Assembly (NCBI GenBank): GCA_013239625.1
Contig: MU053487.1
Coordinates: forward strand, 1,383,058 to 1,447,057
Length of the DNA: 64,000 nucleotides
Direction: 5' to 3'
Source: Lama guanicoe
Taxonomy: Eukaryota
Shown here piece after piece: positions 39,731 through 52,775 of this stretch (the stretch's first letter is position 1; each line of letters begins with the position of its first letter). The position numbers and the translations under genes were made by a program. A model generated the notes under the pieces. The model was given only the letters and a program-made list of their open reading frames with translations, searched no databases and was not told where the DNA came from.

Positions 39731-40509
39731 ATTATGCTGATATTAGCATAGAAACAACACATTTTAAGTTAAATGAGAGGGAGGAAATGAACGAAAATAA
39801 CATTCTGAAAGAATGAAAAGTACTAAAGAGAACTTGCATGCAGGCACCCATACTACCCACCCCTCAGGTAAGACCAGGATAAACATAACACCATTTAACT
39901 TTTTAGGATATATTTTCAGGGAGTCAGAATTATGGATTAAAAAAATATTGAGCTGAACATGTAATTTGTATTCCAACAATCAGATTACAAGAGCTCATTT
40001 TGTTTTAATTTTCACTTCTCATACTCATATTTTCATTTATTGTAAAAACTATCTTAATGTTTAAGAAACTACAATATGTCAAAAGAGAACAGAAAATGAT
40101 GTCATGGCTTTTGTTGAATTCTGGAGGAGTACAGACTACTAGGACGAGACCGAGGCCACTTTGAAGGTGAAAGTAAATAAAGTAAAATAAATAGCTTGTT
40201 TTTAGGCATTGAGAAAGTCTTTTTAAAATTTTTCAATTCAGAAATATGATTGCTGTCTTACTGAAGAAGACACTATGAGCATTTTTTAGCATTTTTTAAA
40301 AGCAATTACCTATACATTTCCTCTGAATAAGAAGATTTTAAAAATTCTGTCAATAATAGTGTTAACTTTTCAGAGCAAAAAATAAAAGAGCATTTATTTC
40401 CAGGATGGTGAGGAACTAGAGAAGCAAATAAATTTTTCACTGAGATGTTATTTGGGTTGTGAGGGAAGATGTTATGGTCATAATAGAGTGTGGTAAAGGG
40501 TTAAAATAA

Positions 40510-41350
40510 ATGGGAAGAATTTTTTTTAACCCAGAGGGAGAAGAAAGCCACAAGAAAATAGGTCCACTAATGAATGAGGAAGGGCATGAAATTAATGATG
40601 ACTCTCAAACGGCTGAGTTATTGAACTCATTTTTTAAATCTGCCTTTAACAAGAGAAATGAAGCAAAGAAATACAGACAATTAAGGAGTAATGAAGACAT
40701 TGCAAAAACTGCTGTAGCCAACATGGAGATAAGGGAATTCCCTACTTGGCAATCACTGGAAGATGCATATCACCCTGAGTTACTTAGGGAGTTGGCATAT
40801 TTACTGATCCACACACATTTAATCTTAGAAAACAAAAGAATGTTCACACGTTGGAGAATATGGAGAAAACAGACATTTGAAGGGTATTAAAAACTTCTGC
40901 CCAGGAAGGCCGCTATTAGCAAAGTTAGCATTAAATACCCCTGAAAAATACTAAGAATGGGGAACTGGCAGATTGCCTTCAGTATGAGTGAAGCAGGCCA
41001 TGTGAATTCATAGTTTTGCCATTACACACCCACAAAAGAAATTGAAAGAGAGCAAAAGTCAAGCATTTGGACATTAGGATCATTCCTGACTCGGTGAATC
41101 ACCCAGTTGTGCATGAAATATTAATCATTCAAAGAAAGCAATATAATCATGGTTTGGGAAATAGGTGAAAGTTCATCATGAGTGGTGAAAAAATACGGCA
41201 AATTATATAAATGACTAGGGGGCTCAATATGGGCTAATACTGGTTCTGTTTTGTTTTTAAAAATTGTTTTTTTGATTAGCAAAATGATTAATGAATTGTT
41301 TAAAAGATTTTTAAATGGTGTTCTCCTCATAAAGTCTGAGAAAACGTGCA
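40510..41350 (+). mobile_element. Ancient CR1/L3 LINE ORF2 remnant
   Basis: ORF 40510-40890 contains IGPLMNEEGHEINDDSQTAELLNSFFKSAF and DAYHPELLRELA, matching CR1 ORF2 motifs VGPLL...EKAELLN.FF.SVF and PDGIHPRVL.ELA; 41212-41350 weakly resembles the SGVPQGSVLGPVLF..INDL..KFADD block. Confidence 0.75.
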
Positions 41351-43033
41351 AAAAGTACCAAGAGGCAAAAGGATCAAAGCAGGGCTATAAATCTTGAAGT
41401 GGAGGCTTATGCTAAAAGCGGGGAGGTGGGTGGGCTGAGATAAAAGTTCTCAAGAACTCAAGGGCCTTATCTCGAGAACTTGGGCTGCATCTTGAAGTTC
41501 AAATGAGACAAAAGTCCAACAGTGTGACTGCAGTCCTGATGAAAGAGATCGCTGCTTTTTCCCCCTTTGCTCTTAGCTATCCTTAAATTTTCTCACTGCT
41601 AGAAAGACTAGTTGGTGTCTTTTCTCCTCTAATCAATAAGCAGAATGGAAAACCATGCATACTGAAAACTACAGACTCATAGCCATGCTGTGGGAAAGAA
41701 AAAGTAGAAATGAACACAAGAAACCCTGACGATAAATGAGAAAAAAGAACTCAGAACTCAGATGACCATGAGAACCCAAGTTAGCTCTGAGCTTTAGACT
41801 TGTTTGAAGAAATTTAGGGAAAATGCCCAAAATAGAAAGTGTAAAGATTAGGAAAAAGAGATGAAAAATCTTTCAACTGACTAGGTGCAAATAAACACCG
41901 ATTAACAGAAAAATGTAAAATCAGAAAATTTGAGATGGAGCTATAGCATAGAACAAGCGGTGATGAGTTGACGTTGCAGAGGAATAACTCATCAGGCACA
42001 TCTTGCTGTTGCGTGGGAAAACTAGGATGTGATTGCAGTGACTTAACCCAGCAGAGACTCGGTGAGCCTTCTGATGCCTCTTCTCTTTTGCTCATGAGAT
42101 AAAAGGGTATTTTGAATGCCCAATTCAAGTGTTTTAAGTCTCTGCTATTGATGAAAACTCATCACTTCTCAAAGAGGATGCACTATATATTTTCCTTCTT
42201 TTATATATAACCAGAATACTTCTTCAGTGTTAATAAGAGTTCTCTGCTGTCACACATTTGCACTGTCTGACACACTGAACATTATCACTACCACTTGCAT
42301 CATCCCTCCAGGGCAGGCATTGTTATCCAGGCATCACAAGTAAGGAGAATAACAGCACCTTTAAGTAGCATTTTCTGTGTCACTCAGCAGGGAGATGGTG
42401 AGGCTGGACAACAAACCCAGGTAATAGTGTCCCAAACTCTTTCTCCTGCTTCCCCACCGCTCCACATTAAGGCTGACTTAGAGTGCAGAATATTCTTGTT
42501 CCTCTCACTCTCTGTAAAATCGGTGGTTCCATCATTCTGACATTGTCCTCAATTGAAAGGCACTGAATGGGCTCTTGTCAGAGTCCGTGATCTCAAATGA
42601 AAGAGCCCAGAGGGGCTGCTAGTAATGAAGACATTTCACTCTCCTAAAAGTTCTATGTCAAATTGGTTGAGTGGTCACAATTCTCATCATGGCCTTTGAT
42701 GACCTGCCCTTGGTTCAGGGCATTTTCAGTAACTATGTAAACATAGCTACTGTCTGTAACTTCCGTGGCATAACAGTTATAGTTTTTGTGCCAAACAGCT
42801 ATGTTTTCCCTGAATGAAACTCTGCAAGAGAGATAGGGGGGTTTTGTGTATATCCTTTGCTCAGCAGGTCTGTTTACACATAATACACAGGCACCTCATC
42901 TTCACAGCCTGTGATTTCAGATTCTTAATTCGAGGTTTCAGGTGTTTGAACCAGATACCAAATTACTCAGAACATTTGTTGATGAAGACTTTGGTAATGT
43001 CATTAGGTTCCCTAGAAGCTCAGTGTCTTCCTT

Positions 43034-43470
43034 TTTTTTAATTGAAGCATAGTCAGTTTACAATATTATGTTAATTTCTGGTGTACAGCATAGTGATTCA
43101 TATATATATATTCATATGCATATATACATATGTATATATATTCCTTTCCATATTCTTTTCATTATAGGTCATTACAAGGTATTAAATATAGTTCCCTGTG
43201 TTATACAGTAGGACTTTGTTGTTTATCTATTCTATGTATAGTAGTTAATATCTGCAAATCTCAAACTCCCAATTTATCCCTGCCCACCTACTTTCCTCCC
43301 TGATAACTTTAAGTTTGTTTTCTATGTTTGTGAGTCTGTCCCTGTTTTGTAAATAAGTTCATTTGTGTCCTTTTAAAAAAAATTAGATTCCACATATAAG
43401 TGATATCATATAGTATTTTTCTTTCTCTTCCTGGCTTTCTTCACTTAGTATGATGACCTCCAGGTCCATT
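43034..43470 (-). mobile_element. L1 3'UTR fragment (young lineage)
   Basis: tttttaattgaagcatagtcagtttacaat...tagattccacatataagtgatatcata...ctccaggtccat. Confidence 0.92.
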
Positions 43471-45289
43471 TGAGTCTTGAGCATAGCTTCAAATGAGAAC
43501 ATAATATTAATAAGCCAGGTAGTTAATTCACTCACTCATTCATTCATTCGAAAAATTACTCTACATACATGTGTTAAGCTCTGACAGTGTATCAGGAACT
43601 ACATCCAGCCTGGGGCACAGCACAAAGGCACCTGTTGCTGGGCATCCTTATCCCCTAACTGGTAAATTAAGAGACATTTCACAAGGATTTCCCATTATTT
43701 ATCAAAACAGTAACATTTACTGATGACTTACCTATTACATAAAGCAAATTCAAGGGCTTCCTTTTAATAATGTTTTTCACATCTATATTTCTAATATGCT
43801 GCCTTAAACGTAGAAATGATTGCATTATTGAGCTAGAATAAGAAATAGCTTGCACTATGGAATACTCTTTTGGGAGTATGTTGCATAAGTGAACTTTGTG
43901 GTTAAAACAGAGAAGTAGTAAAGTGGAAAAACACTGGTTATTGGGAACGCACATGTATACAGATGCGAGCGCAGCCCCAGCAGTGTGTCATACAGAGTGC
44001 CATGGGAGCAGAGTAGGCTGCACAGAGTTCACTACAGAAGGTAGACGCGGAAGTGGTGCGTGAAAGGGGAATCAGAATGGTAAACCCTACCAGTTCAGTA
44101 GCCTCGGGCAGGGAAATAGATTGGTGTCATGAGTATAAGCAGTGATTCTGTCTGAATGGAATACAGAGTTTGTGAGTAAAGCCCTGGAATAAACTGGGGG
44201 GGGGGTGTCTGAGGACATTTCTGAAAGCATGGTAAGCGTACGTGGACTACGTGGTAGGTTTAGTCATTGGCAGGCCCACATACAGCCATAGGAAAGCTCA
44301 GGGTATCATCCTTTTCCCAAGACTCGTTTTGGATCTGCAGTTGTAAGCTAGGTCCTCTGGGGCAAAGCGGCTTCCAGGTTCTCTGAGAGTCAGCGCTCAA
44401 GTCTGGGCAATGTTAAGCCCCAAGCTGTAGGTGGCGCTACTTTCAGGGACATTGAAGTCTAATTCACCACCGTGTCCATCATACACTGAAGGAAGTATAA
44501 ACTCCCAGGGCTTCAGCCTGAACCATTCTGAATGCTGTGCCTACACGATGCCTTGGATGCCTTCTGCAGCTCCCATACACTTTTCTGTGGCTTTGAGGCT
44601 TCGACTCCTCAATTAGAAAGATTCTCATAGGTTCTTAACCCCTTCTCTTTGAGCGTATTTGCATTAACTAAAATGGGGCTTTTACTCAGCTACCTTTCTG
44701 AGTGGAACACCTCACTTGTCTTAGGAGGAGCCTAGATGTTTTGCCATGGCTCAGGTTTCTAAAGTGCACAGGAGAAGGTTCTGGATTCTTAAGCAAATTA
44801 CATTTAACTCAGGTGAGAAAATCAGGCAAGCCAGTGGGGAATAATCTGTTCAGGAAAGCCTGCACAATCAGAAAGATTCTAGGAATTAAGAAATCAGATA
44901 TTCTGTAAGAGCAATAATAGTAAACAGACATGAATCCTAATTGCTAGTCACTAATGCTCTGGTTTTCCAGGATTCCAAGATGTCTGTATAAAATCAATAC
45001 TTATGAAGGTTTATTTTGAGGGACAAAAAGAAACATTTACTATTAATTATAATACACTATAAAATCTGCTAATTGAATATACATAAAATTTTATGTAAAT
45101 GCAGGGGAAAATGGCTTGTAAAACCCCTTCTTTGCTTCCAAAGAGGCCCAGTTCGAATACTAAGCCCTCATATTTTTTGTGTTATGGCTATAAGGAATTC
45201 CCCCATTCCCCAAGTGCCAAAAATCTGTATTATTCCTTCTGTTTTGCTTGAAATGTCCTTGCACAGCCAACATTTTCACTCACTTCGCT

Positions 45290-45575
45290 AACCCCCGCTC
45301 ACCTCGTAGACTGCAGCTGAGATGTTACTTGTTCCCGACAGCCTGACCTGACTCACCAAGTGGGGATTAGGTGTCTCTACTGTGAGATCACATACAATGC
45401 GCGCTTTCCCTCACTTCAGTACATGTCATGCTATATATACTATCCTTAGTCCCGTGTTCCTTGGTTACCAAAACCTGGAACATGGCTTGGCCTCATCAGT
45501 GCTCATAAATACTTGTTGCATGTCTCAAGTAGTTGAACAAATGATTGACTGGATGAATGGATAAATCAGTGGATT
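45290..45575 (+). mobile_element. L2 3' end
   Basis: cctggaacatggcttggc..cagtgctcataaatacttgttgcatg...tggatgaatggataaatc tail. Confidence 0.65.
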
Positions 45576-46969
45576 GAAAGATAGATAGATACTGGTTTCT
45601 GGCTTTTGAGTATGACTTATACCACTGAGAACGTTATTGTGTGTGAAAAGAACGAAGTCAAGAGAACTGAGTCTCCGATCAAGAGTAACATAGAAAAGTT
45701 AATACTCCATTTTTTTAAAACTTCACTCAAATATTTATTAAATGCCCACCTGTTATGTCAAAAGTGACCCATAATTTTTAGAAATATATTCATTCATTGG
45801 GCGACTTACATAACAAAATATCCTTGTTTTTTTGCTCCAATAATTTGCTGCTTGTATATTTTAGAAGCTAATAATGAGCTAAACCCTTAAACAAAATTGC
45901 TGGTTGTAGTTATAGGACATATGTTTAAAAGCCTGAAAACTATTTTTTCTCTTTTCTCTCAAAAGAATTTTAAAACAAGGGAATAATTGTCAAACTAGGC
46001 CCAACGTGTACTTTGTGAAAAATTAAGCTGCATATGCAAATACAAAATAAGTGATTACACGTAAATAGGGAAATCAACCGCCATTCTTTCTGTGTGGAGA
46101 TCTCACTGGTGGCACGGTGATCAGCATTCCCATCAGCCATAGACCTGGGGTTAAAGCAGAGCTCTGCTGGTATGCGAGATGTTACTGTAAGCTCTCTCAC
46201 CCACCGAGAACTACAAGAGTTGAAATACTCTGTTTTAGTCGAGAAATTTTTATAAAGTCAAGGAGCAACTGGACACATGTAAACAGCAATATTTATTTTA
46301 AATTAGAGCTGAGTCTCTGGATTTCTAATAAAAAAAAATCATGTAGAAGATGGAGAAAGGTTTCTGGATGGAAGGAGCATCCCTGAATACGTGGGACTCC
46401 ATTTCTTATAAAGCCCTTGACTTGTGGGTACCAGAGTCATCACTTGCCCTGATTTGAAGTTGGTTCACCACTTGTCCAAAATGATTTACTCATAGCACTT
46501 GCTATACTTACCAAGGTGAGGAAATAAGCAGTTTTCATCCATAGAAACACATGCCTATCTAGGGGAATTTATGCAGTGTCTTTATCAGGACAGGGACAAA
46601 AAGAGGAAGAAAAACAGAGAGGGTACATGTAAAATAACTAATATAAGTGTTGAGATCTGCAGCCTGAAGTAGATTTGTATTATCACTGCTTGTAAATTGC
46701 ATGGTATTCTCCACTCCAACTAGAACCAATTTCCAGCTTTTCTTCCAGTAAGACTCCTCTTACTTTGGGTTGTGTTGCGCACATTAAACCTTTATTTGTG
46801 TTTGGCTTATTTCATGAAAAACACAATTTTACTTCCACTGAGGATGATGCTTATTTTCAGTAGCCCTTCTGAGTTTCTAGAGTGACTTGTAAAGACCAAA
46901 TCTCACATGGATCAGGAGAATTTTAAAGATGCCATGGTGTCTGGCAGGACAATGTAGTCAGGATCTAGA

Positions 46970-48898
46970 ATGTGTATAGCCTTTCTCAAAAGAGTAGAAC
47001 TAAAACCTACAGCCAGCATAGTTCTCAACGGTGAAAAACTCAAAAGCTTCCCACTAAAATCTGGGACAAGACAAGGATGCCCACTATCACCACTCCTATT
47101 CAACATAGTCCTGGAAGTCCTAGCCACAGCAATCAGGCAAGAGAAAGAAATAAAAGGGATCCAAATTGGAAAAGAAGAGGTAAAAGTGTCATTATATGCT
47201 GATGACATGTTACTATATATAGAAAACCCTAAAAGGTCCACACAAAAGCTACTAGAGCTGATTGAAGAATTCAGCAAGGTAGCAGGTTACAAAATTAATG
47301 TTCAAAAATCAGTTGCATTTCTTTACACTAACGATAAATCAACAGAAAAAGAAAGTAAAGAAATAATCCCCTTTAAAATAGCACCCAAAGTAATAAAATA
47401 TCTGGGAATAAATCTAACCAAGGAGGTGAAAGAATTATACACAGAAAACTATAAACCATTGATGAAGGAAATTAAAGAAGACTTTAAAAAATGGAAAGAT
47501 ATTCCATGCTCTTGGATTGGAAGAATCAATATTGTTAAAATGGTCACACTGCCCAAGGCAATCTACAGATTTAATGCAATCCCTATCCAATTACCCAGGA
47601 CATATTTCACAGAACTAGAACAAATCATAATAAAATTTATATGGAACCATCAAAGACCTAGAATTGCTAAAGCATTACTGAAGAGAAAGAAAGAGGCTGG
47701 AGGAATAACTCTCCCAGACTTCAGACAATACTATAGAGCTACAGTCATCAAGACAGCATGGTATTGGTACCAAAACAGACATATAGACCAATGGAACAGA
47801 ATAGAGAGCCCAGAAATGAACCCACAAACTTTTGGTCAACTCATCTTCGACAAAGGAGGCAAGAATATACAATGGAATAAAGACAGTCTCTTCAGCAAAT
47901 GGTGTTGGGAAAACTGGACAGCAGCATGTAAAACAATGAAGCTAGAACACACCCTTACACCATATACAAAAATCAACTCAAAATGGATTAAAGACTTAAA
48001 CATAAGACAAGATACAATAAACCTCCTAGAGGAAAACATAGGCAAAACATTATCTGACATACATTTCAAAAATTTTCTCCTAGAAGAAATAAAAGCAAGA
48101 ATAAACAAATGGGACCTAATGAAACTTACAAGCTTCTGCAGAGCAAAGGAAACCAGAAATAAAACAAGAAGAAAACCTACGGAATGGGAGAAAATTTTTG
48201 CAAGTGAAACCGACAAAGGCTTGATCTCCAAAATATATAAGCAGCTCATACGACTCAATAAGAAAAAAATAAACAACCCAATCCAAAAATGGGCAGAAGA
48301 CCTAAACAAGCAATTCTCCAAGGAAGACATACAAATGATCAAAAAGCACATGAAAAAATGTTCAATATCACTAATTATCAGAGAAATGCAAATCAAAACT
48401 ACAATGAGGTATCACCTCACACCAGTCAGAATGGCCGTCATTCAAAAATCCAAAAATGACAAATGCTGGAGAGGCTGTGGAGAAAGGGGAACCCTCCTAC
48501 ACTGCTGGTGGGAATGCAGTTTGGTGCAGCCACTATGGAAAACAGTGTGGAGATTCCTCAAAAGACTAGGAATAGACTTACCATATGACCCAGGAATCCC
48601 ACTCCTGGGCTTGTATCCAGAAGGAAATCTACTTCAGGATGACACCTGCACCCCAATGTTCATAGCAGCACTATTTACAATAGCCAAAACATGGAAACAG
48701 CCTAAATGTCCATCAACAGGTGACTGGATAAAGAAGAGGTGGTATATTTATACAATGGAATACTACTCAGCCATAAAAACCGACAACATAATGCCATTTG
48801 CAGCAACATGGATGCTCCTAGAGAATGTCATTCTAAGTGAAGTAAGCCAGAAAGAGAAAGAAAAATACCATATGAGATCGCTCATATGTGGAATCTAA
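46970..48898 (+). CDS. L1 ORF2p C-terminal half (partial RT, Cys-rich domain), uninterrupted; first ~11 codons come from flank/TSD
   Basis: [46 protein letters not shown]; no endonuclease or N-terminal RT, so non-autonomous. Confidence 0.9.
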   Translation: MCIAFLKRVELKPTASIVLNGEKLKSFPLKSGTRQGCPLSPLLFNIVLEVLATAIRQEKEIKGIQIGKEEVKVSLYADDMLLYIENPKRSTQKLLELIEEFSKVAGYKINVQKSVAFLYTNDKSTEKESKEIIPFKIAPKVIKYLGINLTKEVKELYTENYKPLMKEIKEDFKKWKDIPCSWIGRINIVKMVTLPKAIYRFNAIPIQLPRTYFTELEQIIIKFIWNHQRPRIAKALLKRKKEAGGITLPDFRQYYRATVIKTAWYWYQNRHIDQWNRIESPEMNPQTFGQLIFDKGGKNIQWNKDSLFSKWCWENWTAACKTMKLEHTLTPYTKINSKWIKDLNIRQDTINLLEENIGKTLSDIHFKNFLLEEIKARINKWDLMKLTSFCRAKETRNKTRRKPTEWEKIFASETDKGLISKIYKQLIRLNKKKINNPIQKWAEDLNKQFSKEDIQMIKKHMKKCSISLIIREMQIKTTMRYHLTPVRMAVIQKSKNDKCWRGCGERGTLLHCWWECSLVQPLWKTVWRFLKRLGIDLPYDPGIPLLGLYPEGNLLQDDTCTPMFIAALFTIAKTWKQPKCPSTGDWIKKRWYIYTMEYYSAIKTDNIMPFAATWMLLENVILSEVSQKEKEKYHMRSLICGI

Positions 48899-49219
48899 AA
48901 AACAAAAACAAACAAACAAACAAAAACAAAGCATAAATACAGGACAGAAATAGACTCATGGACAGAGAATACAGACTTGTGGTTACCAGGGGGGTAGAGG
49001 GTGGGAAGGGATAGACTGGGATTTCAAAATTGTAGAATAGATAAACAAGATTACACTGTATAGCACAGGGAAATATACACAAAATGTTATGATAAATCAC
49101 AGAGAAAAAAATGTGACAATGAGTGTGTATATGTCCATGAATGACTGAAAAATTGTGCTGAACACTGGAATTTGACACATTGTAAAATGATTATAAATCA
49201 ATAAAAAATGTTAAAAAAA
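47004..49219 (+). mobile_element. Young 5'-truncated L1 with perfect TSD
   Basis: TSD aaaagagtagaactaa at 46988-47003 and 49216-49231; 3'UTR with aataaa and short A-tail. Confidence 0.97.
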
Positions 49220-49827
49220 GAGTAGAACTAAGACAAAACTAAAATATGCCATGAAATATTTCACAGTTCAGTTCCAGTTCATCCCCCTCTTCTCACCTGG
49301 GATATCATCACAGCATACGTGAGAAAATAAGCCTTCCTTTGTGATCTTTACCTTCAATTTGTAGACATTTGTCTTCGGAGGTCTCGTAATCTTTTTCTTG
49401 AGAACTTTTGGCAGATTAGATCATCACGTGCCTACTTAGGATTAGGGAACATTATCCAGATGGAACCAGGTGCTACTAACATTTTGACATTATACATATC
49501 ACAGCCTTCCCTTCTGTACAGAATAAGTAGATGAGAAAAAAATTAAGGAAAATATATTTTCTATTATCTAAATAGCCGAAAGGCAGTGGAATGTGAGCTG
49601 TGTTAGTATCTAGGGGAAAAGAAATCCAGACTGTAGAAAGCAAGAATGCATGAATCTTAAGATGAGCGAATACAAGGAATGTTTGACAAATAGTGCAGAA
49701 TCTTGTCTGATGGGAGAGGAGAAAGCACGAGGAGGAGAGGAAGTGGAGGCTAGACTCTATAGGAACATGATGCCTTTGTAAGGATTTTGACAGTTGCTCC
49801 AAGTGACATGAGAACTCAATGAAGCAT

Positions 49828-50372
49828 TTTTTTTTAATTGAGATGAAACTCACTGCTTAAAATGATCCATTTTAAAGTGAACAGTTGAATGGCATTTGTA
49901 TTGCAATTTTGTGCAACCACCACATCTGTCTAGTTCCAAACATTTTCACCAATCCAAACTAAAATCCTATACACATTAAGCAGTTATTCCCCATTCCTCT
50001 CAACCCCAGTCTCTGGTAACCACCAATCTGTCTTCTGCTTCTACAGATTTACATATTCTGGATATTTTATATAAATGGAGTCCTGTAATATGTAACCTTT
50101 TGTAACAGGTCCATCCATGCTGTAACATGAGTCAGCACTTCATTTCTTTTTCATGGCTAAAATACTCCATTGCATGGATATACCACAATCCTGTTTATCC
50201 ATTCATCTGCTGATGGACATTTGGATTGTTTCTACCTTTTTAGTTATTGTGAATTGTGCTGCCATAAATATTCATGGACAGTTTTTGTTTGATCATTTGT
50301 TTTCCAATTATTTTGATGTATACCCAAGAGAGGAATTGCCTGTTCATATGGCAATTGTGTGTGAAACTTTTG
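49828..50372 (-). mobile_element. Old L1MB-like 3' end inserted in an L2 remnant (~49500-50760)
   Basis: ttttaattgagatgaaactcac...gtgcaaccaccacatctgtctagttccaaac...gatggacatttggattgtttc. Confidence 0.8.
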
Positions 50373-50779
50373 AGGCACAAAATAAACTTGGTTTCAGTGA
50401 AGGATTTTTGGTCAGAAAGGGACCTGATACTTAACGATTTTAAAAAATTGTTCTTACCACTACACAGAGAATAGATTGCAGGGGAGCAATTCAGGAAAGA
50501 ATTCAGAATTAACTGCAGCCAGCTGACTGAGAGATGATACTGCTTTGAAGCAGGATATAAGCAATGGAGAATTGAGAGAAGGGCTCCAACTTGGGATATT
50601 AAGGAAAGCCAATGGGATTTGTTAATGGTTTGGACGTGTGGGGAAGAAAGGGTGCAAGGATGACTGTAAGATTTCTGGCCTGAGGAATTAGAAGATTGAA
50701 ATCACCAATTCTAAAAGGGAAACTGAACTGTAAAATAGTAGGTTGAAGGGGGGAAACCAAGGTAAAACTGACCTGACTA

Positions 50780-51312
50780 TTGTATATGTTACATTAGCAA
50801 TATCTTCTCAACATCTCTATCATATACCTATCATGATGTAACTAACCACTATGAAACTTAGTGCCTAATTTGGTTGTGACTGTCTGTGCCAGGAATGTGG
50901 GCAGAGCTCAGCTGAGTACTTCTGCTGGCCTCAACTGGCATCACTCATGTGGCTGAAATAGGCTTTGAGATTAATTGGGATCTGGTTGATCTAGGATACC
51001 TCAAATAGGATGAGTCACTCTCCACTTGGTCTTGTCCTCCAATAAGCTAGCATAAATCTTGTGTATGTGTGTGGAAATTTCAGGGCAACAAGAGGGGAGT
51101 TGAATCTTCGATGTCTTCTGTGTTCTCAGCATGCAGCTTTTATAGGTGTCCCTTTTACTGATACAATTGGTCAAATAAAGTCACAAGTTCAATCCTGATC
51201 CAATGGGATAAAGAAGAAAATTCCACCTCTTGACAGGGCCATCAAGGTCACATTGCAAAGGTATGCAAATCAGGGAAGAATTGGTGGGTTTTTAAAAAAA
51301 TAATTTACCACA
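50780..51312 (-). mobile_element. Old MaLR LTR (MLT1-type)
   Basis: ccaggaatgtgggcagagctcagctgag...attggtcaaataaagtcacaag...ccacctcttgacagg..aaggtcacattgcaaag. Confidence 0.65.
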
Positions 51313-52369
51313 CCATCAAAGTGGAGATATTGAGAACATATTAACTTCTATGCACCTAAAATTTAGGAGAGAAGAGAGGGCTGGAAAGTGAATGTAGATT
51401 GATGGAGAGGAAGATCTTTCCAGGTTGAGCTCTGATGTTATCCTAAAATTAAAAATCAGTGAGGTAGAAAATGGAATAAAATGAATTAGATAATTAGTGA
51501 ATTAGATGGAGCGATCACTGAAGTAGGACACCAAGAGAAATTTACATCCAAGACATTAAATTTGGCCTTGAAATACACCAAAAAATGACTATGCATTTGT
51601 TGTTTATGTCATAGATAATGGTTTTTCTGACAGTTTAGCATCTTTGAAGTTATCTGACCAGTTTGTCATGGTGACTGTTCCCTAGCTAGCCCTAGGCTAA
51701 GAGAGGGGCAGTGGTTTACATGAATACCAAAATTCTCCCTGTACTAAGCTCATTAAAAGATCTGCACTTCCATTAATATCCAGGAAAACTAGGCCAGCAA
51801 TCGTCTGCAATGCTAATGGGAGCTATGAATTTGAATTTTCATTGAAGTAATAAGGCCATGTGTTTTAAACACTGGTAAACCTCAGCCGTGGAGGCAATTG
51901 AAAGACATTCATTTTATAGCCAGGTTGAAACGCATAGTATTTATTAAACATCTTTCTATACATAAAATCGTTGTGGCTCCTCACAATTATGCAGAATTGA
52001 ATAAAGCACTTGATCTTGTTTCTCAAATGGATTGCCATTTAAATGAGACAACATAGATGAGATCATACATTTTATAAAATGCCAATGGTAAGGGAAGAGT
52101 GATAATGGTCCCGCAAAGACATATGGATGTGAAGCATAGAAAGATATACTTAGCAATAGAGGGGAGAGGCACGGAAAAGAGTAAGCATGGGGGAGGGCAG
52201 AGCAAACTCCTTACCAACTCGTAGTATCTATAAACAAATCTCCTGGTCTAGTAAAACCTGCTGCCACTTAGGGTTTCTACAATGTGCCAGGCACCCTCCT
52301 AAATACATCTACATCAAGTTACTTAGTCTTCCTAGCAACCAGTAAGGTAGGAGCCATTTCTCGTGCCTA

Positions 52370-52775
52370 CACCACACCCAGTCGGTCCTCTCGTGTGCAC
52401 TATGCCAGTACCTCTGCACAAATGCGTGCTGTGGTGGCTCCCTGCGTTCCTACCTTTCAGATTTACCCCTAAAGCCTTAGCCACTCAGCCATCATGCAGA
52501 TGCCACTTGGGACTAACGGCCCAGCTTTCCTCCCTTTGGAGGGATCATTTTGGAGAAGCATTCCACGCGGTTCATTGGACAGCCCGGGGGTGAATGAGCT
52601 TTAAGTGTTCGCCACAGAAACTGGCTCAGGGATGCTCCTTTAGTTGCTTTCTTCCCTTCCTGTTTCATTATCCTGTCTTTCTCACTGTCCTTTCTGCAGT
52701 TACCTCCCCCATAAACTATCTGCCCCTAGATCCATGCCTCTGGTGCTGTTTGTGTAGAATCTAAACTAAGACAGG
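52370..52775 (+). mobile_element. ERVL-type LTR (LTR16-like) nested in a MIR
   Basis: Ends cctcccccataaactatctgcccctagatccatgcctc...aatctaaactaagaca; MIR pieces on both sides. Confidence 0.55.

Noticed and set aside
46970..47003. Flank-derived ATG in frame with L1 ORF2, giving a 642-aa fusion ORF
   Set aside because: Eleven open codons across the TSD is easily chance; no promoter evidence and the RT lacks its N-terminal motifs.
47836..48396. 186-aa hydrophobic antisense ORF (and the similar 14739-15065)
   Set aside because: Standard antisense shadow of A-rich L1 ORF2.
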